Part shown: positions 9,141-22,700 of the stretch, one piece after another
Layout: each line of letters begins with the position of its first letter
Position numbering within the stretch: the stretch's first letter is position 1
Origin: Syncephalis fuscata S228
Lineage: Eukaryota > Fungi > Zoopagomycota
Length of the DNA stretch: 64,000 nucleotides
Assembly: GCA_025786725.1 (NCBI GenBank)
Contig: JAHLTZ010000017.1
Span: 124,001-188,000 of the forward strand
Direction of reading: 5' to 3'
Program-made: the position numbers and the translations under genes
Notes under the pieces: generated by a model
Databases searched by the model: none
The model's input: only the letters and a program-made list of their open reading frames with translations
Told to the model about the DNA's origin: nothing

Positions 9141-11832
9141 ATGAATAATGCGCAAAAACGCACCAATTATTCTTTGTATGGACAAACAGGAGGATTCTTA
9201 AAGTCTGCTTTACTTGCCTTGGTCTTGTTAGTGTCTTCAGCACAAGTTAATTTAGCAAGTACTCTTCAAGCACCTTCAAATCCTTCGATAGCTGCGTCTA
9301 TGGCCAATCCTCCACCACAGCAAAAATCACCGGTTACATCGAACCAAGGCAATTTGCTACAAAACCTAGCAAGTTTCCAAGTGCCATTCGCTCGTGTCAC
9401 TAATAGTGCTACCTCGCAATTCTCGTTCAATAATGGTACTTCATCGAAGGTGAGATTTATTTCAAGTAGTAATAAGACGCGACTAATCTATTTAAATAAA
9501 AGCCATTTTTACCCTTGCCGACCAATAGCTGGTGGCAAAATCTCGTGTTAGGTGATGGTAGCACACAGGTAGCCTGTCCGCCTTATCTCGTACGACTGCC
9601 AACGAGTGGCCGAAGCAGAGTCGAAATAGGCTGGCCTAAGCTACACGTCATCGAGGATGCCATGTGGCAAGTGTGGATTGATGATTGGCAGCTTAGCTGG
9701 GACAATAACGAGCAACAGCCGCTAAAACGTCAAGTTACCGACTTTGATGATCTGTCCGTTACGGTCGAGTGGCCGGGCGGCTCTCAACAAGCGCCGAACA
9801 AACCAAGTGATTCATGGGCACGCCAATCGTTGGTCAAGTCGACACCTTACACGACTGTCGAGTTCCAACAAATGGCCAATGTTCAGCTGAAAACTCGCCA
9901 CGCTATCCTGCAATTCGAAGTCTACTCTCCGAATAGCTGGAAAGTTTCATTAAACAGTGGGCAGACTTGGATTATTTTCGTAATAACAAATAACATCCAA
10001 GATATCCGCTGGCAGATGGACAGTAATGGCACACTCGATTTGCAAACAAAAAATCCCAAGGGCTTTACAGGAGTCGTTCGTGTGGCCGCTGTTCCAGATC
10101 CTATCAATGAAAGTCTTGCTTTATTAAGCAAACATCATCCAAGCTATCCAATAGGAGGCACATTTACTTGGCAAGTTGAAAAAGCACAAGGTTCTGATAG
10201 CAGTGCTAAAGGTAAATAGTTATTAACCAGGCATGTATGTATACTAAATATTAAACAAATCATCTAGAACTGGCCGTTACAAAGTTCAGCTATCGTCGAG
10301 CTGGTCCCAACCCATCGGTGCCATTGCTGATGCTAGCGCTGCCGCATCACATGCATATGCTAGTTAGCCCACAGCCTGATGCTCGCGCCTTCTCCGATGG
10401 CCGTGGATACCGTAACTCAAAGGGTCGTATGAACGCCGTTGTTGGCAACGAATGGATCATGCACGATAAAGCACCTGAAATTACTTGGAACGACGGCATA
10501 AATTACTCTCGATTGCCGACAGACTGGCAAGCAAACTTGGTGGCTACCCTTCGTTCCGATGTTGAGCATAGTAAAGCACCTGCAACCACCGAGTCTTATT
10601 GGTTTGGCAAGCAAGTTGCCCGTCTAGCCCGTTTAGCACTAATGGCCGAGGAGTTGAATCAACCACAGCTGGTCGACCAATTGCTTGATCGTATTGTAGA
10701 AGGATTGAAGCCTTGGCTAGCAACTACATCGTCAGGCAATTCAGCCGCTTTCCGTTACGATCAAACCAATGGCGGTCTATTAACCCCAGCCGGCGCCAAT
10801 GGTAGCCTTGACGCTGATTTTGGACATCCACGCTACAACGACCATCATTTCCATCAAGGCTATTTTGTATATGCTGCCGCCGTATTGGCACGCCGTCGAC
10901 CCAACTGGTGGTCGACAAACCAATCGGCCATGCTTTCTGTCCTATTAGATTACATGTGCCCATCGGCAACCTCATTAAAGTCACCAAGTCCTTCCGCACC
11001 ATTTACACGATTCCGCCACTTCGACGTCTATGAGGGTCATTCATGGGCCAGCGGCCTTATTGTATTTGCCGACAACCGTAACCAAGAAAGTACCTCAGAA
11101 GCAGTGAACGCTTACTATGCTGCGTCTTTACTGGCCAGTGTGGCACAGCAGGGAGAGCTTGAAGTAGCTGCCCGTGTATTGTTAGCTATGGAGTTACGTG
11201 CAGCACGTACCTACTGGCAGATGGCCCCACCACCACCAGTGCATACTGCTTCGCCTGGCAAAAGCAATATCTACTACGTGCCTGACACCACACCTGCTTC
11301 CAATTCCCCTAATGGACCTCCTAGCACCCGGGAGCTTCTTCCATGGAGCACAAATGCCGGAGCTAACGCTGGCTTGGGACTTGACGGAGACGAGATGTCC
11401 AATGGTCAGCGTGTCATTTATCCAGCACCTTATCGCCATCGTGGCACAACCGGTGTACTTTGGATGACTAAAATGGACTATGCCACTTGGTTTGGCAAGC
11501 AACCTGAATTCATTCACGGTATACAGCTTATACCATTCACGCCAGTCTCACGCCAGCTATTTGATCGCCAATGGTTGCAGCGCATCGATGGCATGCTAAG
11601 CGATGCATTGACACGACCAAATCCACAAATTGAGGCTGGCTGGAAAGGGTTTTTGCTAATGGCTCGTGCTTACATGCTTACTTCAAAGAGAGACTCTGCG
11701 GGCATTAAAGCTATCTGGAATCAACTAATGACTATGCCAGCTGGTAATGGAATTGGCGATGGTTGGGACGATGGCAATACAAAGACCAATGCTCTTTCTT
11801 GGGTGGCTACCTGCTGGCAGAGTACCCAGTAA
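9141..11832 (+). CDS. Glycoside hydrolase family 81 endo-1,3-beta-glucanase, likely secreted
   Basis: LPTNSWWQNL, ADFG..YNDHHFHQGYFVYAAAV, GHSWASG, RNQESTSEAVNAYYA and YATWFG..PEFIHGIQLIPFTP are GH81 motifs; probable introns ~9437-9502 and 10212-10267; N-terminal hydrophobic segment. Confidence 0.93.
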
Positions 11833-13096
11833 AACTAGCATAGTACAAATAAAGCCATTTTAATAAGGCAGTGGTAATGAAAACACTGTTATTTTATTAA
11901 AATTCAATATTTTACACTATTATTTCCAAATTTGCAATTATATCCAAGTTTATTATACATAAAAGCTACATAAAAATATATATTGCAATTAAGGTTTTAT
12001 AATGATGCTAATTGTTAAAATAAAAAATATACTGCATTACCACATTTAGTAATACAAATTATCTAGTTCTTCCCACGCCAAAGAGCTAGAAATAAGTACT
12101 TTTTCATTTACTATTCTCCATTTGTATAGAAAATAGTCATATAACTGGCTAGTTTTAGCCTAATTTTGTTGTAGCTTTTTATATGTTTATAATTGATATT
12201 TTATTTTTAGTACAGCATTATAATTTATCAAAAATGTTATAGCTATGGCAAATCTAATTGATAATACAAATAATTAACTATACTGTCTAAAATATATATC
12301 ATAATACAATATTGTTTATTCTGTAGTAAATTATTATCTGGTTTTCAAAGTATTATTTGACTTAAATTTAGCCAAAATAAATATCAATACCATATTTAAT
12401 GATTCACTATAGTATTTCTAAATAGAATAACGGCGTATCCAAATGTAGTAGTGTTATTAATTCATAACCACTCTATAATAATATTCACCATTCTCTGCAA
12501 ATATATAAATTATTACCGATACAATGGCGATATTTGGCCAGACCCAATAGTTCTATGGTTAAGTTATCCATTCAATGCATTGGATGTAAATAATCAGATT
12601 GAAGGCAATTTGATGGTGTAATTATGCATGAAAACGCCTTAATGTTTTTAAACAGGCCATATAGCCTTGGAGTAGCCGTGCATAGCAGGTTATTGATTAT
12701 ATTCAATTAAATGACATCAATCCAATTTACCGGATATGGCACGTAATATTGTTGAAAACCAAATTATGCGTACATTACTAATTACTTGGCAATAAAAATT
12801 GGTCATATTTGAGTGCAACGTCCTGTACCACCATTGTGATCAGTTATCCAATATAGTGTAGATGTCATTATCTTTAGCTATATTTATTAATCATATGATA
12901 CTGTTTGCAATATTATTTGTTTTAATCAGACAATGATGTTTACTATAGAAACATCTATTTATTATATACAGCACCATCAGGTATTTAAACTGGTCGAATG
13001 TGCAGCTTATTTGTCCAGTATCCAACATCCAACACTACTTTTTAATTTTCAACTTTTGAGTACTCAATTACCAGTGCAAGCAACTAACAAGTCAAT

Positions 13097-14194
13097 ATGC
13101 CCGCAGGAGCTATTGTGATCGACAACGGATCCGGCTATATTAAGGCAGGATTTGCCAGTGATTCCACACCAAAAGTCGTATTTTCAAGTGTAATGTGTTT
13201 TAATACATTACCGCCGCCAGGATCAAACAAGCCTCGATTTTATTTCGATGACGATGCTATTGCCAAATCAGACCAGCTCATAAATTACAAGCCAATGTAC
13301 AATTGTATTATTTTCCAATGGTTCGTAATGACAGAAATCTGAAGATATACATTCACAAGACTAGACGTTAATCCAGCAAAAGTTCGATTATTATTACCGA
13401 AGCACCCGAAACACTGGCACTACCAGCAACAAATTGGCAAAGAACACTTGATATTATGCTTAATAAATTTAAGGTAAAGTATATATATATATAATTAGCA
13501 ACGTTTTGGCTGCTTTACATGGCTTTGACCGTAAAACTGGCTTGGTATTAGAATGTGGCAATCATCTTATAGCCGCGGTGCCAATTATTAATGATAATCC
13601 CGTACCAAAAAATACCGCTCGTGTCGATGCGGGCGGCTTGAGTGTAACATTGTATCTAGCAAAACTACTCAACAGACAGAATTCTCCAAAGAGCATACTA
13701 AACACTTTTGAATTGCCAAAGAAAATTACTGTTGAGTTGCGTCTATTTCTAATTCCAATGATAATAATGATCCGCCAATTACATATAAGTTATTCAATGA
13801 TACGACTACTGTTATTGGAAAAGAGCAAATTCAAGCTACTAAGTCTCTATTTAACATGCAATTGGTTTTCATACATGGCATCTCCATTCCTTCAATGACA
13901 TATAACGGTGTCATAAATAGTAATATAAAGTACAGACAAGAGCTGTATGAAAATATCATTTTAGCTGGCGGTGGTACACTGTTTTCAGGTCTAGCCGAGC
14001 GAATTGTAAATTGATTGAAAATTAATATGTCGGAATCTCCAAAAATTAATGTTATAGCGCTGACTACATGTAATCACCTTGCTTGGATCGGTGCTGCCAA
14101 ATCCACTACTACACCAGAGTTTGCCAATATGAGCATGAAAAGAGCCGAATAAGAAGCGTGCGATGCATCAGCTATTGGTAGTAAACCTCTATAG
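13097..14194 (+). pseudogene. Divergent actin/actin-related pseudogene
   Basis: IVIDNGSGYIKAGFA, LLLPKHP-like segment, TGLVLECG, AGG..VT.YL, LYENIILAGGGTLFSGLAER, LAWIGA; broken by frameshifts and in-frame stops (~14012, ~14150). Confidence 0.8.
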
Positions 14195-15172
14195 CCATTT
14201 AAAATTGATGGTATTATATTATAGTTACAATAAATATAAATTATTGTGCCATTTAATCAAAGCGCTTTACTATAATTTATTAAATAAGCTGTCTATTTAT
14301 TTAATACAAATCACGCTGGTGGCAATATTTGTAGTCTTAATTAGCAGATCGATTTTTAAAAAATTTTACTAAAATGTAATTCATAATAATAATAAATATT
14401 TTCTAAGTAATTTTTATAGTTTATTTTACATATTAATAATATCTGCCACCAGTTAAAATACTATTTGATATACTGTATCTATGTGTAGAAAGATTGATTA
14501 AATATTAATAAAAGCCATATGATTGCAATTACATGCCATTCCACATTGATTGTTGTTGCATCTATGTACAACATAGGTTATTGCGTTTGAATGGTTTGTT
14601 CTATTTTCCAATACTCTACTATTGCAGCTTGGGTATATTTGTGATGTAAAATCAAGATTAATATAATTATTATAAAGTTGTTTATTAAACAACCACCTCC
14701 CTATAGCCAATCTGACTAAATAAATGGCATTTAAACAATTAATATCATAATGACAATATATATATATTAAAGCAATAATAAAGATAACTAATTGATTACA
14801 TATGAATCAACTAATGTTGGATGTAATATTATACATGTTATAGTGATGAATAAGCGTTTAATTGTATTTAAAAGTATTAAGAATATGAGATAAAACGAGT
14901 AAATAAAATGTGGGTGTCAAAGTACAGTAGCTTCATAATTTAATTGTCATTGGTCCGATTTTTTATTTTTCTTTTTTTATACCAAGTAGCAATAACATTT
15001 TGCTCTCCAACGACACTCTTTGTAACGACAATATTTTTGTTGAGCACTACATATTAAACACGCGTGCTACATTGTTGTTGTTGTTGTTCTTGTTACTGCT
15101 CCTACTGCTACTGCTGTTGTTAGATTCCTAATTGATTACAGGATCGCACTGCTTTGTTATTATTTTAACACA

Positions 15173-16695
15173 ATGGTGGTATTGGATGTAGCGATGGGCG
15201 ATGCAACGGTAATCGCAGCAACTACTTCTAATGACGTTGCTACTGTCGAGGTCCAGCCATCGCTTGGGCAGTTTAATCCACTTGGCATTAATATCTTCAA
15301 GGCAATTAGGGAATTCCTTGAATGCGACCTATCCTTTTTGCATTGTCAATCCAACTTAGAACGGTTATCGAGTAGACAGTCCCAGCTATTATCAGTATTG
15401 AAAGAGTGCCAACAGCAATTGGAAGAGAAAATAGCACATTATATTGCAAATGGCACAAATAGCGATTTCCAGTATAATCACCAACTGGAGACGGAGCGAT
15501 ACCAACTATGTCAACGTATACTTGATACACTTTCAGAATTGTTGTTACAACCTACCACTACAAAGCTAGTTGCACGCCGTTTTCGGCCATTATTAATAGA
15601 GCTTGTGGCACGTTGGATCCATCAATTATCTATGAATAGTGAACAAAACTGCAACAATAATTTAAATACGCCAGTAATAGACAGCTATTGTAATGGCCTA
15701 AATCGATCAGAAATGACTTTTATTGCATTTTCCACACTACTTCCAGTAGCACCTCAAATTAAAAGGTATAATACTTTTAATAATTGTTGACAAAACTAAC
15801 TTTAAAAATAGTTTGGCATTAAACTTTTTCCAAATAGCATCATCTCCATTACATCGAATAAGCGATATGGTGAAATCCACTGATATAAAGGTATTACTAA
15901 ATAACGCGTTAAATAATTAACATAATTAACATGTTGAATATAACGCTATTTAATTAGACTATAGAAGATCTACGCTTAATGTTACGTACTAGCTATCGAC
16001 TACTATCTTCAACGTCAAAAGGTGTTTTGGCTAGTAATCTAAATGACTTGATTGATTGGTCCCCTATTTGTGCGGCTATTGAACATACCGATGAGCAAAT
16101 TAGATATTTAGCAAATTATTGCTCCAGTTTTATATTTGGTATGAGTGATGCAGGTCGACAGTTGGTATTGAAAGAATGCAAACAATCTGCCGATATATGT
16201 ATACCGTAAGTAGTTTATATAGTCTTCTATTATGTGGCTTATCGTTGATATTAGATTACAAGATATTGATAATGAAGCTACTGATCAACAAGATTTACTT
16301 GACTATTCTATGATACCAGCTTATTTTGAAACACCATCACTACTAAAGGATGTTGATCTATGCCGCTTTATTACCAATGTATGTGGTGTACTGATGCCAC
16401 GTTCAGACATATCTTCTTTGTATACTACTACTACTACTACAGCTACGCCAATACATACTGAACTAGCACCATTATCAACACTAACAGTAGTTACTAAATC
16501 GCGTCTTGTACTTACGGCGACAACACGACAGCAATTGCATGCTACTGCTCTTGCTGTATCCATTGGTGCACCAATTTTACTACAAGGTCCCACCGGTGTA
16601 GGAAAGACGGCAATAGTTGAAGCATTAGCATTACTTACAGGACGTCAGCATGGTAATTAAAAGATATATATATATATAAATTAATAGAATTTAAC

Positions 16696-16735
<40 letters not shown>

Positions 16736-19700
16736 AGAGGATTTGATTAAAGTACATATTGGTGATCAAACGGATTCTAAAATCTTACTTGGAACTTATG
16801 TGGCAACTGCTGAACCAGGTCATTTTCGATGGCAGCCTGGTGTATTGACAACAGCCGTAAAAGATGGCCGATGGATTCTTGTTGAAGATATTGATCTTGC
16901 ACCATCTGAAGTCATTTCTGTATTGACACCATTATTAGAATCACGTGAATTATACATTGCTAGTCGAGATGAACGTATTGTGGCCCATCCTGAATTTAAG
17001 TTATTTGCTACACGTCGTATGGCATCAACACGAACAGGACAGTTGACAGCATCCATGGAAGATGGACGAAGCATTGTAGCTGCCGGTTATTGGACACCTA
17101 TTAATGTTGAATCTTTACCGCATTCTGAACTTATTGAACTTATTCATAAGCGATTTCCTACATTAGTTGCTGTAGCAGAGGCAATGATCCGTGTCTATGA
17201 TACAGTATGTAGTTCGCGAACTAATATACGTCATCGCACAAATGGCGCAGCCATTAAGGAACTATCCATGCGTGATCTTATTAAATGGTGTGAACGCGTT
17301 GATGCACTATTTGTAGAAGAGTATAAACGCACAGGCGGCGAATTCAGCTGTTCTACAATGGAACAACAAAAAGTACGCGAATTATTATTCCATGAAGCAG
17401 CCGACATCTTTTGCGGTATGATTCCTGATGATACTGCTTGGCGACAAGCACTTGAAGAAGTTGGTGAGGCGCTAGGTGTTGCTGGCGATCAGGCACGATG
17501 GTATGCAGCATCATATGTACCTACAGTACTTGAATCTAGCCCACAGCAGATAGTGATATGTTAGATGATAATACAGCACGACATATTGTTCGATTAGGAC
17601 GCGTACATCTTGAAGCTGATGCTACAAAGCGTGGCAACAATAGCAACGATTTGCTAGCGGATCGACCTGGATCAGCACGTACATTTGCTCGTACACAACA
17701 CGCTAGTCGTTTACTTGAACAAATTGCCGTTGGTGTACGTAGAAGTGAACCAATACTACTTGTTGGTGAAACTGGATGCGGTAAAACAACAGTGGTGCAG
17801 AATCTTGCCGATATGCTTGGAAGACGACTCGTTGTACTTAATCTTTCACAGCAAAGCGATGCTTCAGATTTACTTGGTGGATTTAAGCCTGTAGATGGCA
17901 AAGTACTGGCCATTCCGTTAAAAGAACAGTTTGAACATTTATTTACATGTACATTCTCAGCCAAACGTAATGCACGCTTCTTATCTGCTGTACATGATGC
18001 CTATCTTAAAAAGAAATGGCCACGATTTGCTACATTGCTGCTTGAAGCAACAAAAATGGCCAATGAGCGATTAATGCGACAAGCTTCGCCCACTCACGAT
18101 ACAGTCACAGAGGCACCAAAATTAGATACTGACGAAAAGGTACGCACTAAGCGACAGCGTGTTGATCATCCAGAACTACGAGAACAATGGCAACGATTTG
18201 GCGAAGCAGCTCAAGAATTTGACGAACAGCAACAGAAAATGGCAGATCGATTAATCTTTAACTTCGTTGAAGGTGCACTTGTTCGAGCTGTACGACAGGG
18301 TGACTGGATTCTGCTTGATGAAGTAAATCTGGCTGCAGCAGAAACACTTGAATGTCTAAGTGGCCTATTACAAGATGCCGATGGTTCATTATTACTTATG
18401 GAGAAAGGCGAGGCCGAACCTATTAAACGCCATCCAAATTTCCGTGTATTTGCTTGCATGAATCCAGCTACAGATGTTGGCAAGAAAGACTTGCCACCCG
18501 GTCTACGTAGCAGATTTACCGAACTTTACGTACAGCCACCTGATACGCGTCCAGCTGATCTACTCGCCATTATTCGTCGCTATCTTGCTAATTGTGCCCA
18601 TGGGGATGAACAAGCTGCATTGGATGTAGCCGAGTTCTACACTGCTGTTAAACTACTTAATGCTGAACACCGTCTAGCTGATGGTGCTAACCAACGGCCA
18701 CATTATAGTTTACGTACACTATCGCGTGCATTAACATTTGTAGCCTATATTTGTCCAATTTACGGATTACGTCGTGCTCTCTACGAAGGATTAAGTATGA
18801 CTTTTCTTACACTGTTAAATGCCAATAGTGAGCAAATGGTTCGTGCACTTATTGAACAACACATACTTGGCCGTGTAAAGAATCCACGCGCTTTAATGGC
18901 ACAAATACCACGTGATCCATCATCGATGTCTGATGCAACGTATACGCTATTTGGACAGTTCTGGCTTCGTCAAGGGTTGATGAACCAATTGATGTCCAAC
19001 ACTACATTTTAACACCATCTGTTGAACGTAATTTACACAATTTGGCCCGTGTTGTTATGAGTCATCGATTCCCTGTACTTATTCAAGGACCCACATCGGC
19101 CGGTAAAACGAGTATGATAGAATATCTAGCTCATCGAACTGGCCATCGATTTGTGCGCGTCAATAATCAGAACATACCGATTTGCAAGAGTATTTAGGCG
19201 CGTATGTATCACGCGATGGTCAGCTGGTATTTGAAGAAGGTGTACTAGTACGGGCCTTACGTAATGGTCATTGGATTGTGCTTGATGAATTGAATCTGGC
19301 ACCATCTGAAGTTCTTGAAGCGTTAAATCGTTTATTAGACGATAATCGTGAATTGGTTATTCCAGAGACGCAAGAAGTAATCCGACCACATCCACATTTT
19401 ATGTTATTTGCTACACAAAATCCAGCAGGTCTCTACGGTGGTCGTAAAGTATTATCACGGGCGTTCCGTAATCGTTTTCTTGAATTACATTTTGATGACA
19501 TTCCACAAAATGAACTGGAAACAATTTTGTCTCAACGATGCCGCGCTCCACCTTCTTATTGTAAGCGCATTGTAGAAGTGTATCGACAATTGCAAGAACA
19601 GCGGCGTGGTACGCGTATCTTTGACGGTAAGCATGGATTTGCTACACTTCGTGATCTATTTCGATGGGCTGGTCGATCAGCCGATAGTTATCAAATGCTA

Positions 19701-22700
19701 GCTGAACAAGGGTTTATGTTATTGGCTGAACGTACCCGTCGATCCGATGAACGGGCCGTGGTTAAACGTGTACTTGAGCAAGTTATGAAGGCAACTATTA
19801 ATGAAGATGAGTTATATAACTGCGAACAGCTTGAAGAGTATCAGCAATATATGAATACAACAAGTACCAACAATACCACTAATATTGCTTGGACAAAGGC
19901 AATGCGCCGTCTATTCTCACTTGTCACCTTTTGTTTACGTAATAATGAACCGGTTCTACTCGTAGGCGAGACTGGTTGTGGTAAAACAACTGTATGTCAA
20001 ATGTTGGCCCAAATCCGTTCTAATGGTCAATTACATATTGTTAATTGTCACCAAAATACTGAAACGGCCGATCTTATTGGTGGACAACGACCTGTAAGAC
20101 GACGAGGCGAACAGATATCACAATTCGTCACTGAATTACGCGATTATTTACAAGATACACTTAATACGCAAGTAGATCGACCATGGGACACATTGGAGCT
20201 AGATGAATTAGTACAACTATTTGAACAATTTACTACTACACTGGATCCACAAAAGGTTGCACAATTTAAGCAAGGATTAGGGCGTATTCGTACACTATTT
20301 GAATGGCATGATGGTCCATTGGTGCAAGCAATGAAGCAAGGCGATCTATTTTTATTAGATGAAATATCATTGGCCGATGATTCAGTATTAGAGCGACTTA
20401 ATAGTGTACTTGAATCAGATCGACAACTTGTACTGCCGAGGCAGGTGGTGTTGAATTGACTGCCCAATCTGAATTCAAATTCCTAGCCACAATGAATCCA
20501 GGTGGTGATTATGGTAAAAAGGAATTATCACCGGCATTACGTAACCGATTTACAGAAATCTGGGTACCAACAGTTACAGATGCCGATGATTTAATACAAA
20601 TTATTGATGAACGATTTAATGATGATGTATTAATTGGTTACGCACAACGCATCGTACACTTCCTTGAGTGGTTTGGTCGTCAATTGCCCAGCAGTAATAT
20701 TCATACCAATAACAGCCATAATAGTAATACGATGGAAACATCATTATTACGATTCAGTCTACGTGATATTTTAACATGGGTTGAGTTTATTAATGCTACG
20801 GTTGCACGTATTGGCGCACCATTAGCGTTTATTCACGGTGCCTCTATGGTATTCCTTGATGGACTAGGCACTTATGGTTCATGGGCATCTCATATTAGTG
20901 AATTACGCTTAGAACAATTGAGAAAAATGGCCTTACAGCAATTAATCAATATGAATATTCATAACGATAGCACGCCATTAACGGTAGAACAATTATCTAA
21001 TACAGGCACGGTTACTGTTGACCAAACAATTGGTATTCAGCTCGGCCCATTTACACTGGATATGCATCATGAGATAGCACCACGACCTATCAATTTTAGT
21101 ATGAACGCTCCTACTACGGCATCCAATTTACTACGTGTTCTACGGGCCATTCAATTACGCAAACCAATTCTACTTGAAGGTAGTCCTGGTGTGGGTAAAA
21201 CAAGTCTTATTGAAAATTTGGCAGCCATTTCTGGTCGATCGCTTGTTCGTATCAATTTATCAGATCAAACAGATTTAATTGATCTATTTGGATCTGATTT
21301 GCCAGTTGAAGGCGGTAAAAGTGGTGAATTTGCCTGGCGCGATGCACCCTTTCTTAGTGCTATGAAGGCTGGTCACTGGGTATTGTTAGATGAGATTAAT
21401 TTGGCCTCTCAGCAAGTATTAGAAGGTTTGAATTCATGTTTAGATCATCGTGGTAGCGTTTATTTACCAGAATTGGACATAACGATTAATCAAGCCGATA
21501 CATTCCGTGTATTTGCTGCTCAGAATCCAGTTCAACAAGGTGGTGGCCGTAAAGGTTTGCCTAAATCATTCCTTAATCGATTTACACCCGTCTATGTAGA
21601 GGCACTGACCCAATTGGATATGCAGTATATTTGCCAACACGTCTTTCCTAATGGCAACTCACTTTTATATCGTGATATGATTGCCTTTAACGCGGCTCTA
21701 CACGATGAAACAATGATACGCCGATCATTTGGTCGTACCGGCAGCCCATGGGAGTTCAATCTACGTGATATCTTCCGTTGGCTTGAACTGATGTCATCGA
21801 GTCAACATGGATTACGGGCCAATAAGTATCAACCAGAAGATTTTGTTGAATTAATCTATGCCGGTCGAATGCGTACACTGGCAGACAGACAAGCAGTATG
21901 GCAATTATTTGAACGCGTATTTAATAGAAGGGCCCAATTGCCCGAACAACAACGTCATATGCCGACTGTTACATCTAATTGTCTACGTATAGGTGATGCA
22001 CAATTACCGCGTGAATCCATTATAGAAGGAAGAGCAGCGTCAATACCACTACGCCTACTTCATACGCAATTGCCAGTACTATCATCCATTATGAAGTGTA
22101 TTGAAATGCAATGGATGCCGATTCTTATTGGTCCAAGTGCATCGGGTAAAACGAGTCTTATTAAATGGCTTGCTCAAATGACGGGACATCCACTTGATAT
22201 ATTCTGTTTAAATAGTGGTGTTGATACTACAGAGTTACTTGGTGGGTTTGAACAATTAGAACTGGCACGGTATCAACATGCAGCTACTCGTTCATTACAG
22301 CGACAATTGGCCATTGCCTGTAAACAATTGCTTTTAGTTGATAATACATCAGTATCGAATGGAAATCGTCATCTATACAAACTATCTACTATTCGGTATG
22401 AATTAGCGCAACTATTTGATGATACAAAGTCCATGTCGCGGTCATTACCATTCTCTAGTCGATTTACAGCTATTGTAAAACGAGCAAGTCAGCTTGTATT
22501 GGATACTTCATTACTTACAGGTGCCATACAAGATGCACAAGATCTTCAACGACTTGAAAGCGATACAAGTATTGGCCGATTTGAATGGGTTGATGGTGTA
22601 CTTATTAAAGCAGCTGAACAAGGGCGCTGGCTACTACTCGATCAAGCAAATCGGTGTAATCCATCGATTATTGATCGATTAAATTCACTATTGGAACCGA

